The notes beneath the pieces are model-generated. The model was not told the origin of the DNA, did no database searches, and saw nothing but the letters and a program-made list of their open reading frames with translations. A stretch of 64,000 nucleotides of DNA, taken from the IMG/VR virus record IMGVR_UViG_3300035703_000025, positions 32,001-96,000 of that record; one strand, written 5' to 3'. A program made the position numbers and the translations under genes. The stretch is from a virus. The first letter of the stretch is position 1. Every line of letters starts with the position of its first letter. Shown one piece after another: positions 55,001 through 63,721 of the stretch.

Positions 55001-56545
55001 TTAACTTATTTCTGTTAAAGACTCTACTGACCATCCACTTCCGGTTCCTCTTATGGTAAACTCATATTTGCCGTCCTTTCTAATTTTTGATTTGTGTTTT
55101 GCGTATGCATTTGGGAAAATAACGATTCTTATGCTGCCACTTGAGTCAGTAATGTTTATTTGACACATTTCCTGGCCAGGATTTTCACCCTTCTTCGTGA
55201 CTGTAAACGTTGTGTCTACAATTGATGCAATAACCCTTTTTGTGATACCTTTGTTGTTTCGCAGCATCCTGTGGCAATCCTTGCATGTAAAGTCAGCTAT
55301 ATCTTTGTACTCGTCTACTGCGCTGCAAGTCATTGCAATAGACAAAAGTTCTTGTTCACTAGAGGCCTTCCAGTCAGTTGTGTCCTTTGCGTTTTCATCT
55401 ATTGCATCAGCCTCAGATTTGACTATTGGCTTTCTCTTTTTAGTACTAATAGTCTCAGAACACTCAATCATTTTTTGCTTAATTAATGATACCGAGTTGT
55501 TCGGTTCATTTTTACAAATTTCGTCCACAACGTACTTAACCTCTCTTGGTGTTAGTTCGTTCATGGCACCAACGACATCAAGCATTGTTTTTCTTCCAAT
55601 TCCGTACAAATCACAAGCCCCACTTTTTATTAGGGATTCTACACCAAGAGATCGCAAAGAATCATTTTCCCTATAGGCAAGGTTTATGAATTCAGAAAAG
55701 TGCTTTGGTCTATTCGTCTTTATTGTTTCCCAGTCCTTCTCTCCAAACTGCTTGATGTGGCTAAGACCAAATATAATACTCTTTGAGTTATTATCGTTGA
55801 CAATTTTAAAGTCTTTTGACGACTCCGTGATTGTTGGTGGAAGTATTTTTATACCGCAAAGCTTTGCCTCGTTAATCATATCGTGAAGCTCTTCTCTTGA
55901 TTTTTGTCTAGCCTTGGAGTATGTTAGGTATGTGCAATAAAACTCATGCGGAAAGTTCGCCTTCATATACGCAGTTCTGTAAGACCACACTGCATATTTT
56001 TTCGCGTGAGCATCATTAAAGGCGTATCTTCCAGCGCTTTCAATCATTGAAAACAGCTGCTCTGCCAAGTCCTTTGACTTTCCATTTTTTACACAACCAG
56101 AAACAAACTTTTCACGAAGATCACTGATTACTTTATAATCCTTCTTTCCAATGCCCTTTCTTAGCTTGTCAACAATAACTAGACGGTCAATATAAGGCAT
56201 TTCCTTCCATGCGATCTCACCACCAAACTTCATTAGCTGTTCCTGGTAAATGAGAACGCCGCTTGTTGGTTGCAGAATGCGGTCAACGTCCTCGTCACCA
56301 AACTTGTGGGCAACATCTAGACCGTTCTTTACTCTCGCGTATTTTTCAGTCATTCCAGACTCAAGACACGCCGGTCTAATAAGTGCAAGAACCGCGCTAA
56401 GTTCATTTATGTTTTTAGGCTTTATCTTGGAGGCCCACTGCTTTCCAAGCTCGCTTTCGAGTTGAAAAACACCGCCAGTGTTTCCACTTTGAATTAAGCG
56501 CCATGTTTTGTCGTTTTTAAAATTTACTTCTTCGATGTTGAACAT
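55001..56545 (-). CDS. dnaE: DNA polymerase III alpha subunit, C-terminal half (split DnaE)
   Basis: GVFQLES, ALIRPA, GVLIYQEQLM, LRKGIGKK, YAFNDAHA, AYMKANFP, FGLSHIK (HhH), OB fold; no PHP domain and no PDID or K.D.LG motif. Confidence 0.9.
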   Translation of the reverse strand: MFNIEEVNFKNDKTWRLIQSGNTGGVFQLESELGKQWASKIKPKNINELSAVLALIRPACLESGMTEKYARVKNGLDVAHKFGDEDVDRILQPTSGVLIYQEQLMKFGGEIAWKEMPYIDRLVIVDKLRKGIGKKDYKVISDLREKFVSGCVKNGKSKDLAEQLFSMIESAGRYAFNDAHAKKYAVWSYRTAYMKANFPHEFYCTYLTYSKARQKSREELHDMINEAKLCGIKILPPTITESSKDFKIVNDNNSKSIIFGLSHIKQFGEKDWETIKTNRPKHFSEFINLAYRENDSLRSLGVESLIKSGACDLYGIGRKTMLDVVGAMNELTPREVKYVVDEICKNEPNNSVSLIKQKMIECSETISTKKRKPIVKSEADAIDENAKDTTDWKASSEQELLSIAMTCSAVDEYKDIADFTCKDCHRMLRNNKGITKRVIASIVDTTFTVTKKGENPGQEMCQINITDSSGSIRIVIFPNAYAKHKSKIRKDGKYEFTIRGTGSGWSVESLTEIS

Positions 56546-56548
56546 ACT

Positions 56549-57187
56549 TTACTCAGCTGTTATCTTGATCTTAGGACGTATCTTAAAGTTCATAAACGAC
56601 ATATACCGTTTAAACATTTCCGCCGTAATCTTCACGTCCTCAAGCGCGTCGTGAGTCTCAGATGTCCTTTTCATACCAAGTAAACCAGCGTAAGTGTCTA
56701 GTCTGTTATTTTTAAGGTTATCCCTGCCAAAAATAGAAAACATCATGGGCATCATATCGAGTTTTATGTTTGACCACGGGCAATCATTTTTGCCATTAAT
56801 TATCTTGTATTTGCGCATCCAGTATTCAACAAATCTATCGTCAAAATTACAATTGTTATAGCCAACAATTATGGGATATTCCCATGGATTTTCAGAAGGG
56901 TTTGATATAGAGAGATACTCTTTAAACTTTCTAAGAGCTGTCTTTGGGTGCATTCCATCGGTTTGCGCTTTTGTCCAAAGATCTTGGCCAATTACTTGTA
57001 TTGCTTTAGCGTCAGCCTTTTCAGGACTTTGTGGTTGAACGGTAATGCAAAATTCGGGAATTGTTTTTGATATTTCGTAATCCGAGTAATTAAGTGTTAC
57101 TGCAGCTATTTGAACTATCTCGGCACCGTTTTCATAATCTAGACCAGTGGTTTCAATATCGTAAACAACGAAATTCCTCTTGTTCAT
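56549..57187 (-). CDS. DnaQ-like 3'-5' exonuclease (DEDDh)
   Basis: YDIETTG, GYNNCNFDD, HDALEDV; TACAAT 57198-57193 is 5 nt before ATG. Confidence 0.9.
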   Translation of the reverse strand: MNKRNFVVYDIETTGLDYENGAEIVQIAAVTLNYSDYEISKTIPEFCITVQPQSPEKADAKAIQVIGQDLWTKAQTDGMHPKTALRKFKEYLSISNPSENPWEYPIIVGYNNCNFDDRFVEYWMRKYKIINGKNDCPWSNIKLDMMPMMFSIFGRDNLKNNRLDTYAGLLGMKRTSETHDALEDVKITAEMFKRYMSFMNFKIRPKIKITAE

Positions 57188-57204
57188 GTAGGATTGTAGT
57201 GTTC

Positions 57205-57210
57205 GTGTAT
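57205..57210 (+). promoter_or_regulatory. GTGTAT late promoter motif
   Basis: 8 nt before ATG 57219; back-to-back with the TACAAT box. Confidence 0.7.
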
Positions 57211-57218
57211 TTAATTTT

Positions 57219-57881
57219 ATGGATCAAATGCGATTGGGCATAATAAAACACATTAACGCGGCAGCTGAGAGCTTTCCTGCCCGTTTTGACGAACCAAATG
57301 TGCCTATAGACGCAACACCAACACACTCTTTGTCAGCCCCATCAAAGTTTGATTTATGGATGTCAAGTATACTTGATTCAATAATCCGAAGATTTGGCGG
57401 TATAAATAACGCGATAATTTATTTTTTAGTAAACAGGCTTGGATTTACGCAACAATTGGCTGAAATGCTTGTTGTGCATCTTACGCTTGTTGAAAACATC
57501 TTGTGGGATCTGTCTGTATGGTTTTATTTGGGAAGACAAACAGATGTAGTCTCAGAGATTGTCAGGTCAATAATATGGAGTTTTGTAAATGCTCTTAATC
57601 TTCCACTTGGGTCTGACGCAGAGCAGCTTGTTGCAAGAGTCGCAATTTCTATACAAGATGGCCTAACAGAAAACTTATGGACACCAACTGTTGTTGGAGA
57701 GGTTTGTGCTGCTTTACAACGAGGATGGACTTTGCAGCAGATACTAAGCTGGATGCAGCATCTAAGCCGTGGTGGTACTTACTATCACTGGCCTGACACG
57801 TGGTCTGAAGCTGAACTAGAAATACGGGAAAGAGAAGAAGAAGACAGAGAAAACAGCGAGGCTGGGCTAGAAAATGAGTAA
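57219..57881 (+). CDS. leader-bearing hydrophobic helical protein
   Basis: MRLGIIKHINAAA leader; amphipathic helices; acidic tail. Confidence 0.65.
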   Translation: MDQMRLGIIKHINAAAESFPARFDEPNVPIDATPTHSLSAPSKFDLWMSSILDSIIRRFGGINNAIIYFLVNRLGFTQQLAEMLVVHLTLVENILWDLSVWFYLGRQTDVVSEIVRSIIWSFVNALNLPLGSDAEQLVARVAISIQDGLTENLWTPTVVGEVCAALQRGWTLQQILSWMQHLSRGGTYYHWPDTWSEAELEIREREEEDRENSEAGLENE

Positions 57882-58431
57882 ACTAGAAAGATTAATCAAA
57901 AAACACATTACGTTGTTTGCGCGTCAAGAAACGCAAATTGCGCCAGGCTCACAATCGCCAACTAGTCTTTCATGCAACTGCTGCATAGAAGGCACAGATC
58001 AACTAAGCATAACTAAAATATGCGAAGCGGTCAAGCAGCTGTCTAGCTCTGTTGGAAGCCCTGGATCTAATCAGTGCGCAAAAGACATTAAGAGAAATAA
58101 TACTAAGCCGTGTTCGACAAATAAGTTTACTAAGGGTAATGTAATAATTGACAAATGCAAGCTTTATGCTGGGTCTGTAGTAGCCGCTTTGCCAGCAAGC
58201 TCAACAGAGCAGCAAAAATCAGAAGCGTCAAGAAAAGCAGAGTGTGATTGTTTAAATAATGCCATTTACGGCTCGCCAGACATAAACGGCTTGGGTTTTC
58301 CAGGAGCGATAATGGGTCAGCAGGTTTTGGATTTTTATAGAGATGGCTGCTCTTATACTTGGATTAGTACCGTGTGTGGAGAGAGACAAAAGGTTATCGA
58401 TAGAAAAGGCTTACAGCATCTTATGTGCTGA
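57874..58431 (+). CDS. Cys-rich leader-bearing protein
   Basis: MSKLERLIKKHITLFA leader; 12 Cys. Confidence 0.7.
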   Translation: MSKLERLIKKHITLFARQETQIAPGSQSPTSLSCNCCIEGTDQLSITKICEAVKQLSSSVGSPGSNQCAKDIKRNNTKPCSTNKFTKGNVIIDKCKLYAGSVVAALPASSTEQQKSEASRKAECDCLNNAIYGSPDINGLGFPGAIMGQQVLDFYRDGCSYTWISTVCGERQKVIDRKGLQHLMC

Positions 58432-59059
58432 TGTGTGAAAAAGCAGCCTCTATTTCTTTTGGTACACAATTAAACCGCCCCTTTAGGGACGGTTTTACTT
58501 TATTTATAATCGATCTTTTCCTCTCGAAGGAGTCGCCAATCCATTTACCAGTATTACAAAGAACCCAGTATTTGTAAAGCGTTATCGCGGCGGATCTTTT
58601 GTAAGCCTCAACGTTTATCGGTAGCCCAAATTTTCTTATAGTTTTAACGGCTCGCCTTTCGCAGTCAAGCTCGCAGGCAATAGTTTTTTTAGTGTAGACA
58701 CGGCGTAACCGCTTGTTGTAGTTTGCTTCGCCGTTTTCAAGAAGGGAAAGCTTGTAAGTTGCGTCCTCACCGCCTTTAAGAAACGTGTTCGTGTAAGCCG
58801 GAGATCGCTCTATCCATTGCATCATGTGGCAGTACTCGTGCACAAGAAACCCAAGCCATTCGTGAAGCGGCCTGTCGCCCCTGGCAACCACTATGGTTTT
58901 TTCGTTATCAGAATCTAAAAAGTATCCACAGCAAAGGGTGTTACCAGCAGGCTCCCTGACGTTGTTGCTATTTTTTATTTTTACAACTACTCCGTGCTCT
59001 TTTGCCACAGCCTTAACGTGAGCGATAAAATCTTTAACCCTGCTTTCATTGCTCCCCAT
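58421..59059 (-). CDS. zincin-like metallopeptidase (HExxH)
   Basis: LVHEYCHMMQW and downstream CELDCERRA; GTGTAT 59073-59068 is 8 nt before ATG. Confidence 0.75.
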   Translation of the reverse strand: MGSNESRVKDFIAHVKAVAKEHGVVVKIKNSNNVREPAGNTLCCGYFLDSDNEKTIVVARGDRPLHEWLGFLVHEYCHMMQWIERSPAYTNTFLKGGEDATYKLSLLENGEANYNKRLRRVYTKKTIACELDCERRAVKTIRKFGLPINVEAYKRSAAITLYKYWVLCNTGKWIGDSFERKRSIINKVKPSLKGRFNCVPKEIEAAFSHIST

Positions 59060-59133
59060 ATGCTATAATACACTTAGACGGATCTTGTAGATCTGTAAAG
59101 TGCCCAGCGGTAATTTCGTGTATATTTAATGTA

Positions 59134-61248
59134 ATGCCAAGAATAAAGACAAAAAACTCCACAACATCTACGTCAACGCCAGCAAGCGGATCTTTGCTGC
59201 AGGGAGAGCTTGCGGTAAACATAACAGACAAAAGACTTTTTGTTGGTAACGCGTCAGGAAATCCAGTAGAAATCACAAATCAGGGTGTTACCGCTGTATA
59301 CGGTTCAACAAGCGGTATTTACGTTACACAAGCAACTGGTTCCACAACAATAGGGCTTGATCCAGACGTTTACGTAAGCGGATCGATGCACGTAAGTGGC
59401 GTTTTGACTAGTAACATAGGGGCGCTTAATCTTTTTGCGTCAGAGGATCCGACAACTGGGTGGAGCCATTGGATAACAGCACAATCGTACAATGGGTCAT
59501 ATTCACAGATAGCTGGAAACGACGTTGGTGATTTAATTTTCAGAACACAGTCAAACATTTTTGGGATTGAGCCTACTGGTGCTCTAGCTGTTACGCTTGA
59601 TTCGTTTACTGCAACAACGGGATTTCTGTATCCATCACCACTAGATATTCGAATTGGCAACACTAATTCTACAACAACGTTTCCTGGCGATGTAAACATA
59701 ACAAAAACACTTACTGTTGACCACATCAATGGTGATCTAGACGGTTCTGTTCTAAAGGCGTGCAAGAACACCGACTCTATAACTCTGCGAAAAGGCGACC
59801 CTGTTTTTATTGCTGGCGTTGTTGGCTCTACTGATGTGATTGAGGTTCAGCTTGCGAGAAGCGACACCTCAGCAAAAATGCCAGCTGTTGGATTGTTATC
59901 TCAGCAATTAACAGCAAACGCAACAGGATACGTAACAGTAATTGGTACACTTGATGATGTTGACACTTCTGCATTTACCGTTGGTAATAGTGTGTTTGTT
60001 GCTTCTACTGGCTGGCTTACTGCTGTAAGACCAACAGGGGCAAGCATTCTTGTGCAAAACATTGGTCGTGTTGGCCGGGTAAACTCTAACAACGGCCAAA
60101 TAGTTGTGCTTGGACCAGGCAGAACAAACGATGTTCCAAACAACATTTTAGCTTCTGGAACGCTTACTCTAGGAACCCCTGACATAATAACTCCGCTTGT
60201 TGGTACAGCAAGCGTGTTTAACACAAACGTTTCAAGAGTAAACATAGGAACTTCGGCAAGCGGTATACAAATAGGTCACGCGACTGGTGTTGTCACAGTT
60301 GGTGACCTCTCTGTTAATGACGGAACTATAACAACAACCGCAGCATCTGTAACTGTATTTAATACAACAGCCACAACACTTTCAATGGGCGGCGCTGCCA
60401 CAACAATGACTATTGGCGGCACCACATCAGCAAGCACTTTAAACATTGGAACTGGCGCAAACGGAGCTGGTGTAACAAAGACAATAAATATAGGAACTGG
60501 CGCTTCTGTTGGTTCAGCAACAACAAACATAACGATAGGTCCAAACATAGCGTCTACTGGCACGGTAACAATAAACGGTAGAACAAACGTAATAGGACCA
60601 AACGCAACAGGAATAACAATTGGTGGTCTGCAACTAGACACAACCGTTGGTAGCAGTACTGGGTTTATAGATATTGGAACAAACTCGGTTTTTGGTGGCC
60701 ACAAGATAATAAACATTGGAACAAACGGAACTTTTGGTAATAGCCAAATAACAATCGGAAATACTCTAGGTGGGCTTATCCTTAAAGGGTCTTCGGCAAG
60801 CGGGGTTATCCTTGATTCAGGACCATTGAGAGCGTTAGGCCAATCAATAATTACAAGCTCTGATGTTAGAGCAACAGGATCTGTTGTTGGTTGGGGCAGC
60901 GTACAATCTACTGGCCACATGCTTGCCGCAAGCGGATACCGCATAACATCAAACGCAATAAACGCACAAACCGCAACGGGTTACACACTACAGGCTTCGG
61001 ATAACGGAAGAGTAATAACTTTTAACAGCGCAGGAAGCCACACGCTGCGAATACCGACTGGCCTTGACGTTGGATTCAACGCCACAATAATTCAGCTTGG
61101 AACTGGACAAGTAACTTGCACTGGTCTTTCAGGAGCAACACTAAACTGCTACGCATCTGGAAACAAGATAAGCGGACAGTTTGGAGCAGCAAGCGTAATT
61201 TGCTACGCAACAGACACATACAATTTGGCAGGAACACTCACAGTATGA
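59134..61248 (+). CDS. tail fibre / receptor-binding-like protein
   Basis: N-terminal GELAVNITDKRLFVG fibre motif; repeated xNIGT beta units; C-terminal GFNATIIQLGTGQV domain; GTGTAT 59118-59123. Confidence 0.75.
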   Translation: MPRIKTKNSTTSTSTPASGSLLQGELAVNITDKRLFVGNASGNPVEITNQGVTAVYGSTSGIYVTQATGSTTIGLDPDVYVSGSMHVSGVLTSNIGALNLFASEDPTTGWSHWITAQSYNGSYSQIAGNDVGDLIFRTQSNIFGIEPTGALAVTLDSFTATTGFLYPSPLDIRIGNTNSTTTFPGDVNITKTLTVDHINGDLDGSVLKACKNTDSITLRKGDPVFIAGVVGSTDVIEVQLARSDTSAKMPAVGLLSQQLTANATGYVTVIGTLDDVDTSAFTVGNSVFVASTGWLTAVRPTGASILVQNIGRVGRVNSNNGQIVVLGPGRTNDVPNNILASGTLTLGTPDIITPLVGTASVFNTNVSRVNIGTSASGIQIGHATGVVTVGDLSVNDGTITTTAASVTVFNTTATTLSMGGAATTMTIGGTTSASTLNIGTGANGAGVTKTINIGTGASVGSATTNITIGPNIASTGTVTINGRTNVIGPNATGITIGGLQLDTTVGSSTGFIDIGTNSVFGGHKIINIGTNGTFGNSQITIGNTLGGLILKGSSASGVILDSGPLRALGQSIITSSDVRATGSVVGWGSVQSTGHMLAASGYRITSNAINAQTATGYTLQASDNGRVITFNSAGSHTLRIPTGLDVGFNATIIQLGTGQVTCTGLSGATLNCYASGNKISGQFGAASVICYATDTYNLAGTLTV

Positions 61249-62144
61249 TTGTTCTACCTAGCGCTAAATATTTTTCTTCGGTGCCTAGTGTTGCGGAAAT
61301 AGCTAGGTTTAAAACTAATAGAAGCACCGCGACTTTTGGCGGTCTTAATTCATTTTATGTTTTTACAACAACAGGATACGCTGCAGTAACATGGTGGGAT
61401 GGCGTTACAACAATTTATGGAAGCGGTAATCCAAATGCTCAAATTTTCATATCAAAATCTGTTGTGGCCCCGTATAACACAACAGCAGAAAAAGATTTTT
61501 CTGTTTATTCTTGTGATGTTACTAGCAAAATAATTGGATACATCACAAATATAACGTTTAATTCAAGTTCAAGATCACCAATAACTTTTATTGATCATTA
61601 TTCCTTATCACAATTAAGCATTTTCTTTTGTGATTCTGGCACGGGATTGACATCTTATAGGCACAACGGTAGAATAAATTCATTGAGTTTATCAAGTACT
61701 GGCTTAACAAGTCTTGATCTTAGCAATGGGCAGAGATTATATTCTGTAAATTTACCTAACAACTTGCCGCTTACTTCAATCACTGGCGTGTCTTCGCTTC
61801 AAAATCTAGAAATTTTTAACGCTAATGGTGCTGGAATAACGTCTATTGATTTTTCTGGTTTACAGAGACTATACGACATCGACTTAAGAAGTTCTTATTT
61901 GACATCAATACGAGCTGTCGGGTGCTCTTTAGTTTCTGATTCTTACTCAACCTCTAGTTTTTTCGTTGGTGGTGCAAAATTGCAAAACACTGGTTTAAAT
62001 TCAACAGCTATAAATCAGTTTTTTACAGACCTTGCTAACGGTGACGGGTATATAAACATAGGCTGTGCAACAGGTGCTGGATCAGCAGACTCATCAATAG
62101 CGACAGCTAAGGGATATACGGTTCTAGGAAACGTGCCGTGTTAA
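61245..62144 (+). CDS. leucine-rich repeat protein
   Basis: ATG 61245 (ATGA overlap); LTSLDLS, LTSITGVSSLQNLEIF, ITSIDFSGLQRLYDIDL; C-terminal SIATAKGYTV. Confidence 0.7.
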   Translation: MIVLPSAKYFSSVPSVAEIARFKTNRSTATFGGLNSFYVFTTTGYAAVTWWDGVTTIYGSGNPNAQIFISKSVVAPYNTTAEKDFSVYSCDVTSKIIGYITNITFNSSSRSPITFIDHYSLSQLSIFFCDSGTGLTSYRHNGRINSLSLSSTGLTSLDLSNGQRLYSVNLPNNLPLTSITGVSSLQNLEIFNANGAGITSIDFSGLQRLYDIDLRSSYLTSIRAVGCSLVSDSYSTSSFFVGGAKLQNTGLNSTAINQFFTDLANGDGYINIGCATGAGSADSSIATAKGYTVLGNVPC

Positions 62145-62147
62145 AAA

Positions 62148-62804
62148 ATGATTTACTTTATAACACCAAATTATAGTCTAGCGTTTATACCAAAGTCTGG
62201 ATGCTCAACCTTATCTAGGTGCGTAATAAAAGCCTTTCAGCCAACTGAGGAGTCTTTAATTGAAAATGCGGATTTCCCAGAAGGAAAAAACGCAAACAAT
62301 TCAATGTGGCAAACATATGTACTAAGGGAAAAATATCCATCAAAACCCATACTTGCAATGATACGGGATCCAGTAGAAAGATTCCGATCTGCAGTTTCTC
62401 AATTTAAAACTAATGACGTTGACTCAATTATTAACTCGTTAATTAATAATACCGCCTTTGATTCTGGTGGAAAGCGTCGAAAGCAAATAATTGCTAGTAA
62501 AAATAGACACTTTATGCCGCAGATCCTTTGGGTTGACGTAAACACAAAGCTTTATAAGTTTCCAGAACACATAAACGAGGCGGCTGCTGAGATAGGTTTT
62601 ATACTGCCGCTTCCTCAAATAAACGCAGCGTCTTATCCAAAGCCAACCCTTACGGCCGAGCAGACAGCTGTTTTGGAGGAGTATTACGCAGAGGATATTG
62701 CGCTATTTGAGTCAATTGTTTCTCCTGGAATAATAACAGGGGTGATTTCGGCAAATCCAGTGAGTCTAGTTCCTCCAGTTATTCCTGATGATGAGGAGCC
62801 TTAA
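62148..62804 (+). CDS. sulfotransferase family 2-like protein
   Basis: 5'-PSB FIPKSGCST, 3'-PB IRDPVERFRSA, HFMPQ, YYAEDIALF. Confidence 0.8.
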   Translation: MIYFITPNYSLAFIPKSGCSTLSRCVIKAFQPTEESLIENADFPEGKNANNSMWQTYVLREKYPSKPILAMIRDPVERFRSAVSQFKTNDVDSIINSLINNTAFDSGGKRRKQIIASKNRHFMPQILWVDVNTKLYKFPEHINEAAAEIGFILPLPQINAASYPKPTLTAEQTAVLEEYYAEDIALFESIVSPGIITGVISANPVSLVPPVIPDDEEP

Positions 62805-62809
62805 AATTT

Positions 62810-62815
62810 GTGTAT
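62810..62815 (+). promoter_or_regulatory. GTGTAT late promoter motif
   Basis: 8 nt before ATG 62824. Confidence 0.7.
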
Positions 62816-62823
62816 AATAATAC

Positions 62824-63105
62824 ATGGGCTTAGCTAATAACAAGATTAAGAGCGCACTGAGAAAATTGCAAATAGCAATGGGGACAGAAATAACCTCGTA
62901 CAAAGGTATAAAGGTTGGCGATCGCGTAAAAGACGTAAATCAGCAGTGCATGCATTACGGCAGCGTAGGGGTCGTTACTATGATTGAGGCCCTGCCAGAA
63001 AACAGCGGATACCTTATTCATTATACCGTAGAAAATGACGGACCTTCGTATGGCCCAGGAACAGTGCTCAAAAAGACAGAAGATCAATTGGAAAAACTAT
63101 CATGA
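62824..63105 (+). CDS. leader-bearing SH3/KOW-like small protein
   Basis: KIKSALRKLQIAMG leader; IKVGDRVKD..GSVGVV..QLEKL. Confidence 0.7.
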   Translation: MGLANNKIKSALRKLQIAMGTEITSYKGIKVGDRVKDVNQQCMHYGSVGVVTMIEALPENSGYLIHYTVENDGPSYGPGTVLKKTEDQLEKLS

Positions 63106-63335
63106 ACGAAGAAGAAAACGATTACGATTACACACCACAGCAGCCAGCGGTTGCTAGCATTTCCGAGGGCGACATAGTTAGCTGCGGAAACAAGGACTCG
63201 GTTAACTTTGGCGTCTGGGGCGAGGTTTTAGAGGTTAACTCAGGAATTGCAACCATTAAAATAATGAATCCTGAGTTTCCTCGCAACACTGGCTGGACCA
63301 TAACGGAGAGTGTTGAGGGTCTGGAGAAGTTATGA
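63102..63335 (+). CDS. SH3/KOW-like small protein, paralog of 62824..63105
   Basis: ISEGDIVSC..GVWGEV..GLEKL. Confidence 0.65.
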   Translation: MNEEENDYDYTPQQPAVASISEGDIVSCGNKDSVNFGVWGEVLEVNSGIATIKIMNPEFPRNTGWTITESVEGLEKL

Positions 63336-63721
63336 ACGATTCGGAACTTGACGTAATTTTTGCTTCAGAGAAAGCCCAGGCAGTTGAGTATCAGGGTAAA
63401 AAAGTAACCCTAAATCAACCAAGACGAATAGGTAAGGGCGATCCTGGCTACGGGAAGAAGAAATTCTACGTTTACGTCAAGAACGATCGCGGAAATGTTG
63501 TCCGCGTAATGTTCGGTGATCCAAACATGGAAATACGACGTGACGACCCAAAGAGAAGAAAAAATTACAGATCACGTCACGGGTGCAGTAATCCTGGTCC
63601 AAAATGGAAGGCTAACTACTGGTCCTGCAAGATGTGGGAAGCTAAGAAGTCTGTTACTGACTACACAAGCAGCTCAGTAATTTCTTCTTTTATTAAAGCA
63701 ATAAACGAAGCTTCTATTTAG
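63332..63721 (+). CDS. conserved basic phage protein (EYQG-K-V-LN-P family)
   Basis: EYQGKKVTLNQP, KKFYVYVK, FGDPNM, RRKNYRSRHGC, ANYWSC; family recalled from large phages, function unknown. Confidence 0.75.
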   Translation: MNDSELDVIFASEKAQAVEYQGKKVTLNQPRRIGKGDPGYGKKKFYVYVKNDRGNVVRVMFGDPNMEIRRDDPKRRKNYRSRHGCSNPGPKWKANYWSCKMWEAKKSVTDYTSSSVISSFIKAINEASI

